Below, one piece after another: positions 12,001 through 20,600 of a stretch of 64,000 nucleotides of DNA (its first letter is position 1; the number at the start of each line of letters is the position of its first letter). Source of the stretch: a bacterium (lineage in GTDB: Bacteria > UBA10199 > 2-02-FULL-50-16 > JAJFLM01); assembly GCA_965216315.1 (NCBI GenBank), contig CBDCFN010000016.1:1504001-1568000 (forward strand). Reading direction: 5' to 3'. The position numbers and the translations under genes were made by a program. The notes beneath the pieces were generated by a model that searched no databases, had not been told where the DNA came from, and worked only from the letters and a program-made list of their open reading frames with translations.

Positions 12001-13742
12001 ATACGAGCATACAGGTTGGTCAAATTAGTCTTAGCTCCGCCAGCGGCACCGGTTTTAGCGCCAGCGGCGGCGGTTTCGCGAGTGTCAGCACTCAATTAAA
12101 CGTCGGCGACAGCAAAGGCGCACCAGGGACCTTGAGTGTTTCCGGTGATATTTCCGCCAGCGGCACCGACGTTTCTAACGTTTTTCAAACCACGATTGCA
12201 ACAGATGCCGACCTCTTGGGCGGTACGCGCTTTGAACTTAACAATGCGGCGGGCACTGCAAACACCGCCCAAGTCGTCGCTGTGTTTGAAAATTTAGATG
12301 ACCAACGGGCCGGAATCAATGACACCAATGCCATCGCCGCGTTCATTAACAGCGATCCGGATCGTAGCTCTGTCTCAGGAGACACCACCGGTATCTTTAT
12401 CGGGACTATTCCCGGCACGACCGGCGGCGGTTTTACCACCGGAATGGTCATTGAAAATGGTGTTGAGACAGCTATCCGCCTGCGACCAGAGCAGGAAGGT
12501 ATCGACATTGACGCAGAAGGTGTGACTCTTGATAGAGGCGTAACTGTCCGCGCCTCACAGGATCAACTAGGCAACAATGGCAGCGTGACACTGGCCTTCG
12601 ACGCGTCAGACGCGAACATAGGCACTGCATTCGACATCGGCAATAACGCCGTTCGCGTCCAGGGTCGCGACTTCACATCACAGGAAGTATTCGATGCCTT
12701 CGCCGGTGGTGGCGGTAGCAATCTGACCGCGACAGCACCCCTCAATTTGGATGCCAACGAAAATCTGACCCTTGCAACAGCAACCGGCCTGACAGTCAAC
12801 GCCTCGAATCAACTGATCGTTGATGCCGGCGCGGGCTTGTCTAACTTCGGTAATCAACTCGTAGTGTCCGGCGTCAACTCATCGATGATAGCGGATGGCA
12901 CGGTCTCACGCGCCGATTTGGATTCCGGGGTAAACAGCGAACTTAACCAGATCGCGCTCAACACTGCAGCGATCACTAACAAGGTCGACGGCAGCGGCAC
13001 GATCGGAAGCGTTCCCGTCTTTACCGAAGCCGGCAAGATCGGTGATTCCGTCTCGATCACGGAAAGCAACGGCTCGGTCTTTATCAATGGCGGCGCCCAA
13101 TTCGATGGGGGTGGCACACTCTTTATCAATAACGGCGCGAGCATCGCGGTGGGCCAAGACGGCTCGGGCGGACTCATTGAAGCACCGACAATCGTATCAC
13201 GCGGGAATATGACGACCGAGGGAACCCATGCCGTTTGGGGCACGTTGAATACCTCGAGCGGCCCCAATGGCCCTGCCACGATTGTCGTCGCCGATGTCGA
13301 TCAAGTCTGGCAAGGTCCCACACGTAGTTGGACTTCGCAGGACTTGGAAGATAAGATCTTTGATTCCGGCAATACGTCCTCGGTTGTCACCGTACTCGAC
13401 GATGGTGTCTCTCAGAGCCGTCCGGTCGCCTACTTAGCAGACGGCTCCAACTGGATTATTGTCGACTGTCAGGACGCTGACGGATGCGACATCGTCGCGC
13501 CCGACAATCCGTCAGTAGCCCTCGGGGCTGAACTGCGCATTACTTGTGAAACCTCCTCAAGAAGTGCCTCGTGTTTGATGCTGTCGGCACCTCCCGTCGG
13601 TGGCCCCGCCGGCGGCGATGTCCTCTTGATCGGTGGTTTTGATGTCACCTTGGGGCAATACGAATCCATCACCCTCAAGAGCTACAATAGAACCGGCGGT
13701 GACTGGATTGAGGTCTCCCGCGCAGTAGCAGGTCTGAATTAG
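1..13742 (+). CDS. Giant repetitive fibre/adhesin-like protein (>4,500 aa, 5' end outside window)
   Basis: Frame is open from base 3 (EREAADLTLQAGIDDNTNRV...), so the GTG at 192 is not the true start. Long Asn/Thr/Ile/Ala heptad stretches (IATNAADIAT) typical of trimeric coiled coils alternate with repeated beta-rich modules and the fibre motifs HAATKAYVD and GDITGVIADTGLIGGG. Ends in a Cys-containing domain. Confidence 0.8.
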   Translation, partial: EREAADLTLQAGIDDNTNRVSAVETRATAIEGNVTALQTSDAQQSLDISANRVSIDDNTNRISVTEAVNNAQDASITTNTVNIAANTGGIAANRLDIDTNKARIDANEAELQTKVGVDDTITGGDLEGTYGAPKIRASTEITMNDDQFIWNAGTRGTVTVDATQNRISTGIRVEGPSDSTTKFFEAQDAADPDKLAYMAPNLLVVKEKDATTGELDEITVTARRLAKSTTDGNGNIREDFSLEKDRLIYRDPTGGLLSEYRADGAKVGSTGLEFADGTVLTTAPPDAVAVQAGDDAVRAEFAAADVQLQTGIDANASAIATNIINIQSNATAIASNVNEININRTNITNNASEILIVKSDVSALDARATSLETRATALEAADVTFNARITNNEGDINVLDTRVGATEASIVGLDAQVTTNASRITAVELGKLDADFIFQGAITGTADATTITAGAVTPDKLDASARYTHGGLDITDGNTTTTVDIDRVEILRGPQTAAITLDGTAREIRLQADDGRRNIASATAIELVDDQGVSVFKVDATANRLDIGAGSTSVAPVIATLPGGITYGDTNLDGTIDSPLVDEFEMFYTDPNSGARVLAPIRVGSANGDLDRAATLRDVRAEVGQGGFGDITGVIADTGLIGGGLVGDVTLALDQAFLDNRINTAVAIEKAERETADATLQAGIDSNTNRVSAVEVRATDLETRATALEAADITFDARITNNEGDINVLDTRVGANEASIVGLDAEVTANTTAIAGHDTIITAHTTDIANLQAADTVFDTRISANATGVADNTAAIAGKLDQVQSSAQTLDQGGFGFTIRGDQAQTVLDPSGRLSIANIGSSGQDGVSIDVTQLGSASLDIGSSGQDGVDAFFRLYGDGSELFTVDGNAGFLRFGQRQGGTPLFAIDVTNDRFTVGASSLEIEPPLAVSSIKITPTDRNGDGKIDIADPIFFTTDDGTGNQAATAIAFGAPALDAQGNIIGESGVNWSSLQTELDSRFANSPFVTDTELQAEVTARQTEDAAIRQEYADADTLVRADFATADTLIRADFAAADAQLQSGIDSNTNRVSAVEVRATDLETRATVVETRSLDNETRSLANADNIQINTDNIAAARSDIDKNITDIAANVTAIDSVNTSVGALQTTVGVNQQNIANNSTSIAANTDAITTNATAIATNAADIATVQSGTLDSLDVAQGKMTYDSTNDVLKVRRRLEIADDLDTTTYAYDSLDRRIRIIGSSGQDGVRLGIGSSGEDGFLETSDANNNLASVTATAIELKDAQGLAVIKMDAASNRLDIGAGSTSVAPVIATLPGGITYGDGNLDGTIDTPLIDEFEMFYTDPNSGARVLAPIRVGSANGDLDRAATLRDVRAEVGAGGFGDITGVIADTGLIGGGLVGDVTLALDQAFLDNRINTAVAVEKAERETEDTAIRGEFAAADTQLQAASDANATAIAANVVNIQSNATAIATNVNDISLNRTDITNNTSEILIVKGDISTAQSDISALQAADITFDSRLGTAETSIVGLDSRMTLAENGITTNSGAITDLQGQVTSGISDSLDVAQGKMTYDSTNDVLKVRRRLEIADDLNTVTYAYDSLDRRSVYLDATGNDTVTIDGANKEVRLKNEDGKISIADPITLTYNDELGNLSARYGAAGIAIPSLLTADKATGIFEIALPAYSINTGATGANDPAIRKGIDIELGTDGKARLQYDGTTLDENGAPVSLDGTFGFVREDAQGNNSLVSIAVVGGTLQHHAVNKAQLDAVAAGSVTQSELDAAVAVETTARTSEDAAIRQEYADADTLVRADFAAADAQLQSGIDNNTTRVSAVEVRATDLEARATALEATDVGFNTRITANEGAIATNATNIAGHDTLITANTDAIAALDSNVTTDVLTARTSLDVASGEMNYANGRLFVGGTSAFVGDYEYNITDKLVRSTDWDINHESVTGNVRIAGGNIEISGTDGSNKASATAIELQDAQGLAVIKIDAASNRLDIGAGSTSVAPVIATLPGGITYGDGNLDGTIDTPLIDEFEMFYTDPNSGARVLAPIRVGSANGDLDRAATLRDVRAEVGAGGFGDITGVIADTGLIGGGLVGDVTLALDQAFLDNRINTAVAVEKAERETADANLQAGIDSNTTRVSAVEVRATDLETRATVVETRSLDNETRSLANADNIQINTDNIAAARSDIDKNITDIAANVTAIANNTTAINTNSQDIGTANQRIDSNENLIVGLDSRMTLAENGITANAGAITALQGEVTSGISDSLDVAQGKMTYDSTNDVLKVRRRLEIADDLNTVTYAYDSLDRRVRIVNPRGTDSITLDGINNQMSLAADDGSRGIVIPQFLQFLDAQGNINAEYGANRIAIPSLLTADIANGGAVQIAIPKLELATASQVRSVDFIWKDLDSSLDIMTRDDLGNDVYAKIRVASDANDPNSVVNVALLDTRVPPNANFVTDTELQAETDARTAADTTLQANIDTEASTRSSEDARIEAGYIAADTTISASVTSGDDAVRSEFQAADTTISASIASGDDDVRGEFAAEDTAIRQEFATADTLVRADIASGDDAVRGEFQAADALDVKITTGAMDDLDLAGIFTYDENNQNIVGLGSYIANDGLGNQSRVSATAIESSAANGSRGIVIPQFLKFEDAQGNLNAEYGYNGIAIPSLLTANVDNGGAVQIAIPKLELATASQVRSVDFIWKDLDSSLDIMTRDDLGNDVYAKIRVASDENDLNSAVSVSLLNTRVPPGANFVTDIELQAETDARTAADATLQANIDTEASTRTSEDARIEAGYIAADATINTRIDTEVNTLNQENEAQDAVIIQGDQTVLAAANDYTDTQVSTETAARIAADLDVVTNSLDVAGGELNYANSRLSVGGTSAFIGDYEYDITNKLVRSTDWDINHESVTGNVRIAGGNIEISGTDGSNKASATAIELQDAQGLAVIKIDAASNRLDIGAGSTSVAPVIATLPGGITYGDADLDGTIDSPLVDEFELFRQDPTTGARTLTNIRIAAPTVDDHAATKAYVDGIRGIQNIDAVAPVIATTNGNDVTVSLDIDNISLNAPNGKLQVAPFGITNALIAASAVTNEKLSIALQAEVAQIAVNKADIATNLASTNANALAIAGNDTDIAANTSEITINRSSILANTDSINTNSQDIGTANQRIDSNENLIVGLDSRMTLAENGIASNDADIATLNTSQASQDVTIGTNSQNIANNSTSIAANTDSINTLTTDLDRKVNVTDGVMDTIAVGGDHLTHDAANRIFNFADATGAVGVSIDGSQGFFRADDFALGANGLLSYDENNNRIDLSAQGAAEYLEVSTGSNAGTVGARFVSGGNTADVAANQICIKAGSGGDACGSNVHTRISPSQFYVQNNFGNQVDLLTVNSGGVIRFNVNNLGDATVSNELITGGGVRFADGTVQTTAATGDVTQADLTAAVGAETTARQTEDAAIRQEFADADTLVRADFATADTLIRTDVDANKVRIDANELAIATKISATDTITAGSLEGTYAAPTVRAAAIGTNELDASQGFFMAGLEVSDIASASKVTLSPSEATIELGVTKAGFIVGAGSAQASFTDGTNDSVTIDAKRVVAGGSVTKATLDSASGTATFEDGSGIGPEQPYAEIGANKLEITSTDPQSLFTEGIVRLDAKRMLMARNYDGINSATAIELSADGMTGIKLQGQIETAAIDVSSVTDLAGAPGVGMIYGDTNITVGTGNNERTFLATELASTGSTISTAELEDGAVTAAKVDATTVATRAQLTTELDVERARITTNEDTNATQQTSINANTATASANASLIVVHDGRLTTNEAGILANASTGSTNATNIATNTAVSADNSLRLDTAEPAITANTTATATNASAITTLDGTVTTNTSNIATNVSDISRNATDISTNTGNITANTAALGNKVNTLDGIMTQANIASGTLSVTADRVAYGPSTFMEAGNLQIRTSTSDLVIDDGTNTASLAVGEINLSTGTATPTNIRLSSNFGDLDITRGTDNTSIQVGQISLSSASGTGFSASGGGFASVSTQLNVGDSKGAPGTLSVSGDISASGTDVSNVFQTTIATDADLLGGTRFELNNAAGTANTAQVVAVFENLDDQRAGINDTNAIAAFINSDPDRSSVSGDTTGIFIGTIPGTTGGGFTTGMVIENGVETAIRLRPEQEGIDIDAEGVTLDRGVTVRASQDQLGNNGSVTLAFDASDANIGTAFDIGNNAVRVQGRDFTSQEVFDAFAGGGGSNLTATAPLNLDANENLTLATATGLTVNASNQLIVDAGAGLSNFGNQLVVSGVNSSMIADGTVSRADLDSGVNSELNQIALNTAAITNKVDGSGTIGSVPVFTEAGKIGDSVSITESNGSVFINGGAQFDGGGTLFINNGASIAVGQDGSGGLIEAPTIVSRGNMTTEGTHAVWGTLNTSSGPNGPATIVVADVDQVWQGPTRSWTSQDLEDKIFDSGNTSSVVTVLDDGVSQSRPVAYLADGSNWIIVDCQDADGCDIVAPDNPSVALGAELRITCETSSRSASCLMLSAPPVGGPAGGDVLLIGGFDVTLGQYESITLKSYNRTGGDWIEVSRAVAGLN
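1563..8980 (+). repeat. Long near-identical intragenic repeat modules
   Basis: The SATAIE...NRLDIGAGSTSVAPVIATLPGG...EKAERET block occurs at about 1563-2030, 3807-4270 and 5898-6365, with a partial copy at about 8780-8980. SLDVAQGKMTYDSTNDVLKVRRRLEIADDL occurs at about 3567, 4665 and 6786. The GSRGIVIPQFL...GYIAAD block occurs at about 6995-7500 and 7895-8395. Similarity is visible at the DNA level. Confidence 0.95.
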
Positions 13743-13756
13743 GCCATTCATTTTCA

Positions 13757-13787
13757 TGCAGGGGCGATCCTTGTGATCGCCCCTACA
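13757..13787. repeat. REP-type palindrome (GTAGGGGC family); may also act as terminator
   Basis: TGCAGGGGCGATC-CTTGT-GATCGCCCCTACA lies just after the fibre gene stop and upstream of the RAYT gene. Confidence 0.8.
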
Positions 13788-13829
13788 TCATTCGCAACCC
13801 AATAACACCATCACGTCGATACCGCCCGA

Positions 13830-14396
13830 ATGCGCGATGAATTCGGCCGCCCGTATCGACGTTCGATCCGGTTAACGAAATACAATTACTCAATGACGGG
13901 GGCGTATTTTGTGACCATTTGCGCGTGGCAACGGGAACATATATTCGGTCGGGTCGTGGCCGGACAAACCCGATTAAATCAAAATGGAACCATCGTATCG
14001 GATTGTTGGCATGAATTATCGAATAAATTTAAAACGGTGATATTGGATGAAATGGTTATCATGCCAAATCATTTTCATGGAATTGTTTGGATTGATTCCC
14101 CCGTAGGGGCGACCCAACGGGTCGCCCGCCAATCATCGACCAATGATCGGGCGAGGCGATGCCTCGCCCCTACGGCGAATGGGCCAAAACCGGGTTCCTT
14201 GGGCGCCATCATCGGTCAATTCAAATCATTGGCCACAAAACGGATTAACGTTGTTCGCCACACACCCCATTTTCCGGTATGGCAACGCAATTATTACGAA
14301 CGCGTCATTCGCGATGACCGCGAATTAGCCGAGATTCGCCAATATATCCTGGATAATCCGTATCATTGGGATAACGGCCCGGGAAACATCTTGTAA
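13830..14396 (+). mobile_element. REP-associated tyrosine transposase (RAYT / TnpA-REP, Y1 HUH family)
   Basis: Motifs RRSIRL..Y.YS..GAYFVTIC, MPNHFHGI (HUH) and WQRNYYERVIRD..EL..IRQYI..NP..W. GTAG-starting palindromes lie next to and inside the gene. Confidence 0.9.
14103..14173. repeat. Inverted REP doublet inside the RAYT coding sequence
   Basis: GTAGGGGCGACCCAACGGGTCGCCC (14103-14127) and the inverted GGGCGAGGCGATGCCTCGCCCCTAC (14149-14173). Confidence 0.9.
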
Positions 14397-14616
14397 TTAT
14401 TCAATTAATCAGCCTGCACGGTCCCGGAACATGGCCCTTTTCCCACTGATTTCTGCGCCCCAGTCTGTTATCATTAAATTTAGGCAGCTTAGGGAGGAGG
14501 TCCATGTCGTGCATCCCAATGTGGAGTGACGACGTGAATGCAATACCTCAAGTCAGCAGTACCCAACCAGTAATCACACGTCTCTCCGACCATCACCCTT
14601 TTTACGGAGAGACATC

Positions 14617-17600
14617 ATGGATACTCAATCTCATGTGCGTCTAGCGCGCTTTGTTGTTACCTCTCTTTTAACGTTTATTCTGACCTGGCTCGCGCCCCCG
14701 CTGCTTCACCTAGCCGATGCAAGTTCCGAAGGGGGTGACGGCCGATACGAAAACGGGGACAGCACGAACAATGACGATGATGTCTTTGAGATCCCGGGAC
14801 GAATGCGACTCGAGGTTCATATCCAGGCCATCAAGAAGAACGGCCAGCCGGTCAGCGGCCCCCGTCCAGCCCGCTATGACCTCTTCAATCCGGATACCGA
14901 TCAGTACTTAATGAGCGTCACGGACTGCGACGCCTTCTTTAATGTGGGTGATGCCTACATCCATTTTGACGAACCGGTCTCTCCGCGCCTGGCTCGCGAA
15001 TCACGCGTTGAGGTACACACCACGCTACTCGACAATGATTGTGCCACACCGCGACCGATCAAGATCCAACCTTACGAAATCGGCACGCGCATCTGGGCCC
15101 TCTTTGCCAAGCGCGCCGGCCGCGCGCGACTCGCCAAAATCGCCAAGGGTATTCGGCGCGACCAGCTCAAGGTCTATACGGCAGAGAATGAACTCGCCTA
15201 TTTGCTCAATCTGCCCTTTGAGGTCACGCCGGAAGACGAAGACCGTGTCTTGGGCGTGGTAATGGTCGATGATGATAATAATCCGGACACGCCTCCTATC
15301 GCCACGATCGAGTTTGTCGACTCCGACGGCAGCGGAGACATTACCGCAGTCTTGACCGAGGACGGTTCAGGCCTCATGGGCGGTGCCGAGAGCGGCGCCG
15401 TGAAGCTCCGACTAACCGATACCGGCATTACGCCCGGGACCTACGGTGCTGAAAACCTGGGCCAAGAAGTCGTTACCGTTCCGACAGTTACGGTAGATTC
15501 CCAAGGTCGTTTATTAGCTGCGGGTCAGTTCACCATTGATCGTGTCGGTCCGGCCGGCCCCCAAGGTGAACCGGGACCACAGGGTGAACCCGGTCCGGAA
15601 GGCCCGCAAGGCGAACCGGGTCCTATCGGTGAAACAGGTCCCGCCGGCCCCGAAGGTCCACAGGGTCCGGTCGGCCCAGCAGGACCCCAAGGACAGCCCG
15701 GTCCTCCAGGACCCGAAGGTCCGGAGGGACCTGCGGGTCAAGATGCCGACCTGAGCAATGTGCTCGCCGGTGACGGGGTCCGCATCGAGGACGGCAGTAT
15801 CGAAGGCACCATCATCGTCTCACTGGACCAGGCCTTTGATGCAACTTGGACGGGTTCCCAACGCTTTGAAACTGAACTGCGGGTGCCGCGCTCGGACCTC
15901 AGTGCTGATCCGAGCACTGGCGCCGGCTCCCTCGCATACAACGTGTTCGATAATCAGCCCTACTTTTTCAACGGGTCTCAATGGGCCACCTTAAAGGGCG
16001 AGCAAGGCATTCAAGGTGAAATTGGACCTCAAGGCATTCAGGGTGAAACCGGTCCGCAAGGTCCCGAAGGGCCGCAAGGACCTCAAGGCATTCAGGGTGA
16101 AACCGGTCCGCAAGGTCCCGAAGGGCCGCAAGGACCTCAAGGCATTCAGGGTGAAACCGGTCCGCAAGGTCCTGAAGGGCCGCAAGGAGAACAAGGACCA
16201 GCGGGAGTCATTGAACTCGTGACAGACGTCGGCATCGATGGTTCGCTCGCAGACGGAACGCTAACGCTCACTGTCGACACGGAATTCGATTTTGCCGACG
16301 ATGCCAATAACAACGTCTTCAACGCCTTTACGGGCCGGGTTCAATTCAACACGGCCGTGCGCGTCCCCCGCTTTGCCAACATGAGCGCGGCGGACACGAC
16401 ACTCGGTGCAGGCAGCGTGGCCTACTTCGAGGACAGTAATGAACTCTACTACCATGACGGTACTGCCTGGGTCTCCGTCAGCGATGCCGGTACCGGTGTC
16501 GGCGACATCGAGGCCGTTTTTGCCGGGTTTGGTTTAAGCGGCGGCGGATCAGCCGGCGAAGTCACGCTCGAGGTCGACACAACTTTGATTGCCACCAATC
16601 AATCCGTGATTGATGCCGTGGCCGCCGAGACCGCCCTGCGCGAAGCGGCGGATAGTGCCGAAATGCAGGCACGCATGGCCGCCGATCAGGCCAACGCCGA
16701 CGCGATTGCCGCGGAAACATCTGCGCGAATGGCCGCCGATGCAGGACTCGCCGCCGACATTGCCGCTGAAAGCGCGGCACGCATGGCGGCCGATACACAA
16801 TTTGCAAGCGACCTTGCCGCCGAACAGACCGCGCGTATCGCCGCCGATACGCAATTCGCGACCGACCTTGCCACCACGCAGGCCGAGGTCGCACTGAAGC
16901 TTGATGCAGCCGACGTCACCGCTTCCAATGGTCTGACGGCAACACCAAACAACGGCAGCGTTGATATCACCATGGGCGGAACGCTCAACCAGGCCCTGAC
17001 GACCATCGATATGGATTTCAATACACTCGCGTTTACCAATGCATTTCGCGTCGGCATCGGAACGGACACGCCACAAACCGGCCTGCATTTACGTAATGAG
17101 ACGGACGAGTATGTCCTGCGTGTCGAAGGAAACGGGTACTCGGAATTGGTCCTGACTTCATCGCCGGAAGGAGCAACGCTGCCGATCATTCCGGATAACG
17201 GCCTGCGCCTATCGGCCGGCAATCAGGCGACAATCTTCGAAAACATCGAACCCGTCGGTGGCGGCGACCCGGCCTTTATCTTCCGGCTTAAAGAAGCCGT
17301 TCCGCTCGCGACGCCTTTTGAGATCATGACGCTGAGCGATACCGGCCGCGTCGGCGTCCGTCTGCCTGACCCCCGCGCGGAACTGCACGTCCGCAACGAG
17401 ACCGACGAAGCCGTCTTGATGGTCGAAGGCAACGGCAGTGCCGAACTTGTCTTGACGACGCGCGGAGAAGGCGACCCCTTCGTAACTGTCGATGATGGTC
17501 TGAGAATCATCACCAATAACGGCGACCGCGTCCTCTTCCGGCGCATCGAGGACCTTACCGCCGATGTTGATGCCTTTGTGTTTCAGCGGCACAAGGTCGG

Positions 17601-20600
17601 TGGCCTTCCCTTTGAATTCGAAGACCTGATGGTCCTGGATGCCGGCGGCAATGTCGGTATCGGCACGAACACACCGACGGCGCGTTTGCAAGTCGTTGGC
17701 AATGCCATCGCCTTCGATCCCGTACTGCCCGAGCATTTAGCGACCAAGGCCTACGTGGATGCACAGACCGGCAGTGGCGGTAACTTGACCTTCACGGCGC
17801 CGCTCGTTGAGGCCGCTCAAGTCGTCAGCCTCAGCTTTGATGCGACCTTAGATGTCTCGTCCGGTAGCCTGGGCCTCGCTGACAATGCCGTGACCGGCTT
17901 GAAGATCCTCGACGGCAGTATTGCCAATGCTGATCTCGACCAACCGACACGAGACACCCTGACGCAGGTCGCGGTCAATACGTCACTCGCGAACGATGCC
18001 CAGACAACGGCGGATAACGCAGCGGCCGATGCCAGCGCGGCACTCGGTGCGACAGTCATCAATGCGGCCAATATTGCGGCCAATGCGACGCTTATCTCTG
18101 ACAATTCCGACGCGCTTGCCGTCAATACAACGGCCATTGGAGTTAATGCTGCCGACATTGCGACCAATGCGGCACGCATCACCGATAATTCCGATGCAAT
18201 TGTCGTCAATTCGACCGCAATCGGTGTGAATTCCGGCAATATCGCAACAAACTCGGCGCGCATCGACGATAATTCTGCCGCCATTACGGACAATACCTCC
18301 GCCATCGGCGTAAACGCGAGCAATATTGCGCTCATTGACGCGCAACTCGATACCAAGATCGGAGGCAGCGGGGCTGAAAACCGCGTTTCCGCTTTCGATG
18401 CCGCGGGTGACCTACGGGAAACCAGCATCACCGACGATGGCGGTGTCGTGAGCGTCGACGCGGGCATCTCCGTCGGAGTCGGCACGACCACGGTCGATCC
18501 CCTAGCGCAGTTGCAAGTCGAGAATGCCGGCAATGCCGTAATCAAGGTCAGGTCGACGGCGGTCGATAGCGCCGCGGCAACCCTATTAGAGCGCGCGGAC
18601 GGAGAATTTGCCTATTTCGCGGTGGGCTCACTGGAACCTACCGGCACGGCGATTATTTCGAGCAGCACGCCCTCTTCCGGTGTCGGCAGCGATGCACCCG
18701 CCATTCTACTGCGCACTAACGCCGATATTAGCGGCGGATCCGAAACAGATGTCTTGTCGATACTCGGTGACGGTCGCGTCGGGATTAATACGACCGGCCC
18801 CGACGCCCAGTTGGATGTCAATGGTGACATGCAAGTCACCAGCAATAGCAGTACCGGACGCGGCTTTCGACTCGATTATATGTTTGATAACGACGATCCG
18901 CTTGATATTGCGACAGTGGGTGCTCATCGCATTGACGTCACTCACGGAGCCTTCGCCACGAATGATAATCCCAAGGTCGGACTCGTCGTTTTTCGATCTG
19001 AAGATGATGTCACAACACCTCTCGGACCGGGCAGTCAAGTCGCCATCATCAATGCTGATTCCGATAAACAAGACTCGGGCTTGGTCATTACAAGTGCTAT
19101 TCCAGACGTCGCCGGTGGCTTCTTGGTCGACGGTGGCGGCTATGATACGGCGGTTCGCATCGCGACCGGATCCAGTCCGATGGACACAGCGATCAACATC
19201 GAAACCGACGGTACGGGCGTCATCGACAGAGGTGCCGTTTTTGCCGCTAGTAACGCCGACATCAACACAGGTATTTCCTTTCAGAGCCAAGTGTCCCGGG
19301 GTGGGCCCAGTGTCGTGATCGGTATCGACTTCCGAGAAACCACGACGGCCGCTCTTTTTAATCCCGGTAACTTGATTGCAGTTGACGGTAACCCGTCATT
19401 CACGGCGCAACAACTGGCTGATACCGTTTTCGGCGGTGGCAGTGGCGGCCTGACCTTTAATGCACCGCTCAATGAGATCGGCGGTTCCGTCACCTTTAAT
19501 ACAGGCCAAGGCCTGACACTGTCGGGACCCAACTTAACGACCGATAACGGACCGGGACTGACCTACTTCGGTAATCAGCTGACCTTGGCCATTGATGGTT
19601 CAGATATGTCCCTGGCCGGCGGTTCGCTAAGCATTGCCTCGGGTGGAGTCGGAGCTGACGAACTCCAAGACACCGCCGTATCAGCCGGTTCCTATTCAAT
19701 CGCTAATGTGACAGTCGATGCCGACGGCCGGATTACAGCCGCGAGCAACGGCATCAGCGGGAGCAGCAATGCACTGACCAAAATCGGAGCTGATGGCAGT
19801 TCGCTCATTGAATCCGGAGTCATCGAGGACGGAGCCAACCTCAACATAGGTGACAGTGCGCGCGTTGTTTTGGCAAACGGCAATATTGACACAGTAGGTA
19901 CTATTACTGCGGGCCAGCTCGACGTAAGCGGCGCCTCGACATTCGCTGCAACAGTCGATGTCGGAGATCAAATGCGCCTGGATGCTGCCACCGGCAACAT
20001 CAGCACGACGGCTACGCTATTAGCCGGCACCGTGGATGCCACTAATGAAGTCTGCATCAATGGCGATTGCCGGACCGCTTGGCCCTCCGGAGTCAGCGGA
20101 ATTAGCGGTAGCGGTACGACCAATGCCATACCCAAGTTCACCGCCGCGACGACTCTAGGTGACTCTCGCCTCTACGATGACGGTTCTCATGTAGGTATTG
20201 GTACAAACACGCCTGCAGTGACACTCGATGTTATCGATACGCAAACAAACGCCAGATTCCGCTCCACTGATCCAACCCGAAATGTCTCCTTAAATCTAGT
20301 TGATGCCGCAGGGAGTGAATTGACAATCTCGCATTCCGCAAATTCGACTATTTTCGATTTGGCCGCGAACGCCACGGTAACGAACAATACTTTGGCCTAC
20401 CAATTCAGCACTGATGCTGGACCGGAACTCCTAGCAATGACAGTGGGCGGCGACATCGGTATCGGTACGTTCAACCCGACGGCACGTTTAGAGGTTGCCA
20501 ATTCTACTTGGGATTCGGATCCATTGTTAATCACGGGCTTAAGCGACTCTTCCGTCGGTCCGACACTGCAGATTGATGCCAGAAACGGCAATGACGGCGA

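Noticed and set aside
16024..16185. CRISPR-like periodic repeat
   Set aside because: Contiguous in-frame collagen-coding repeats with no unique spacers; no cas genes.
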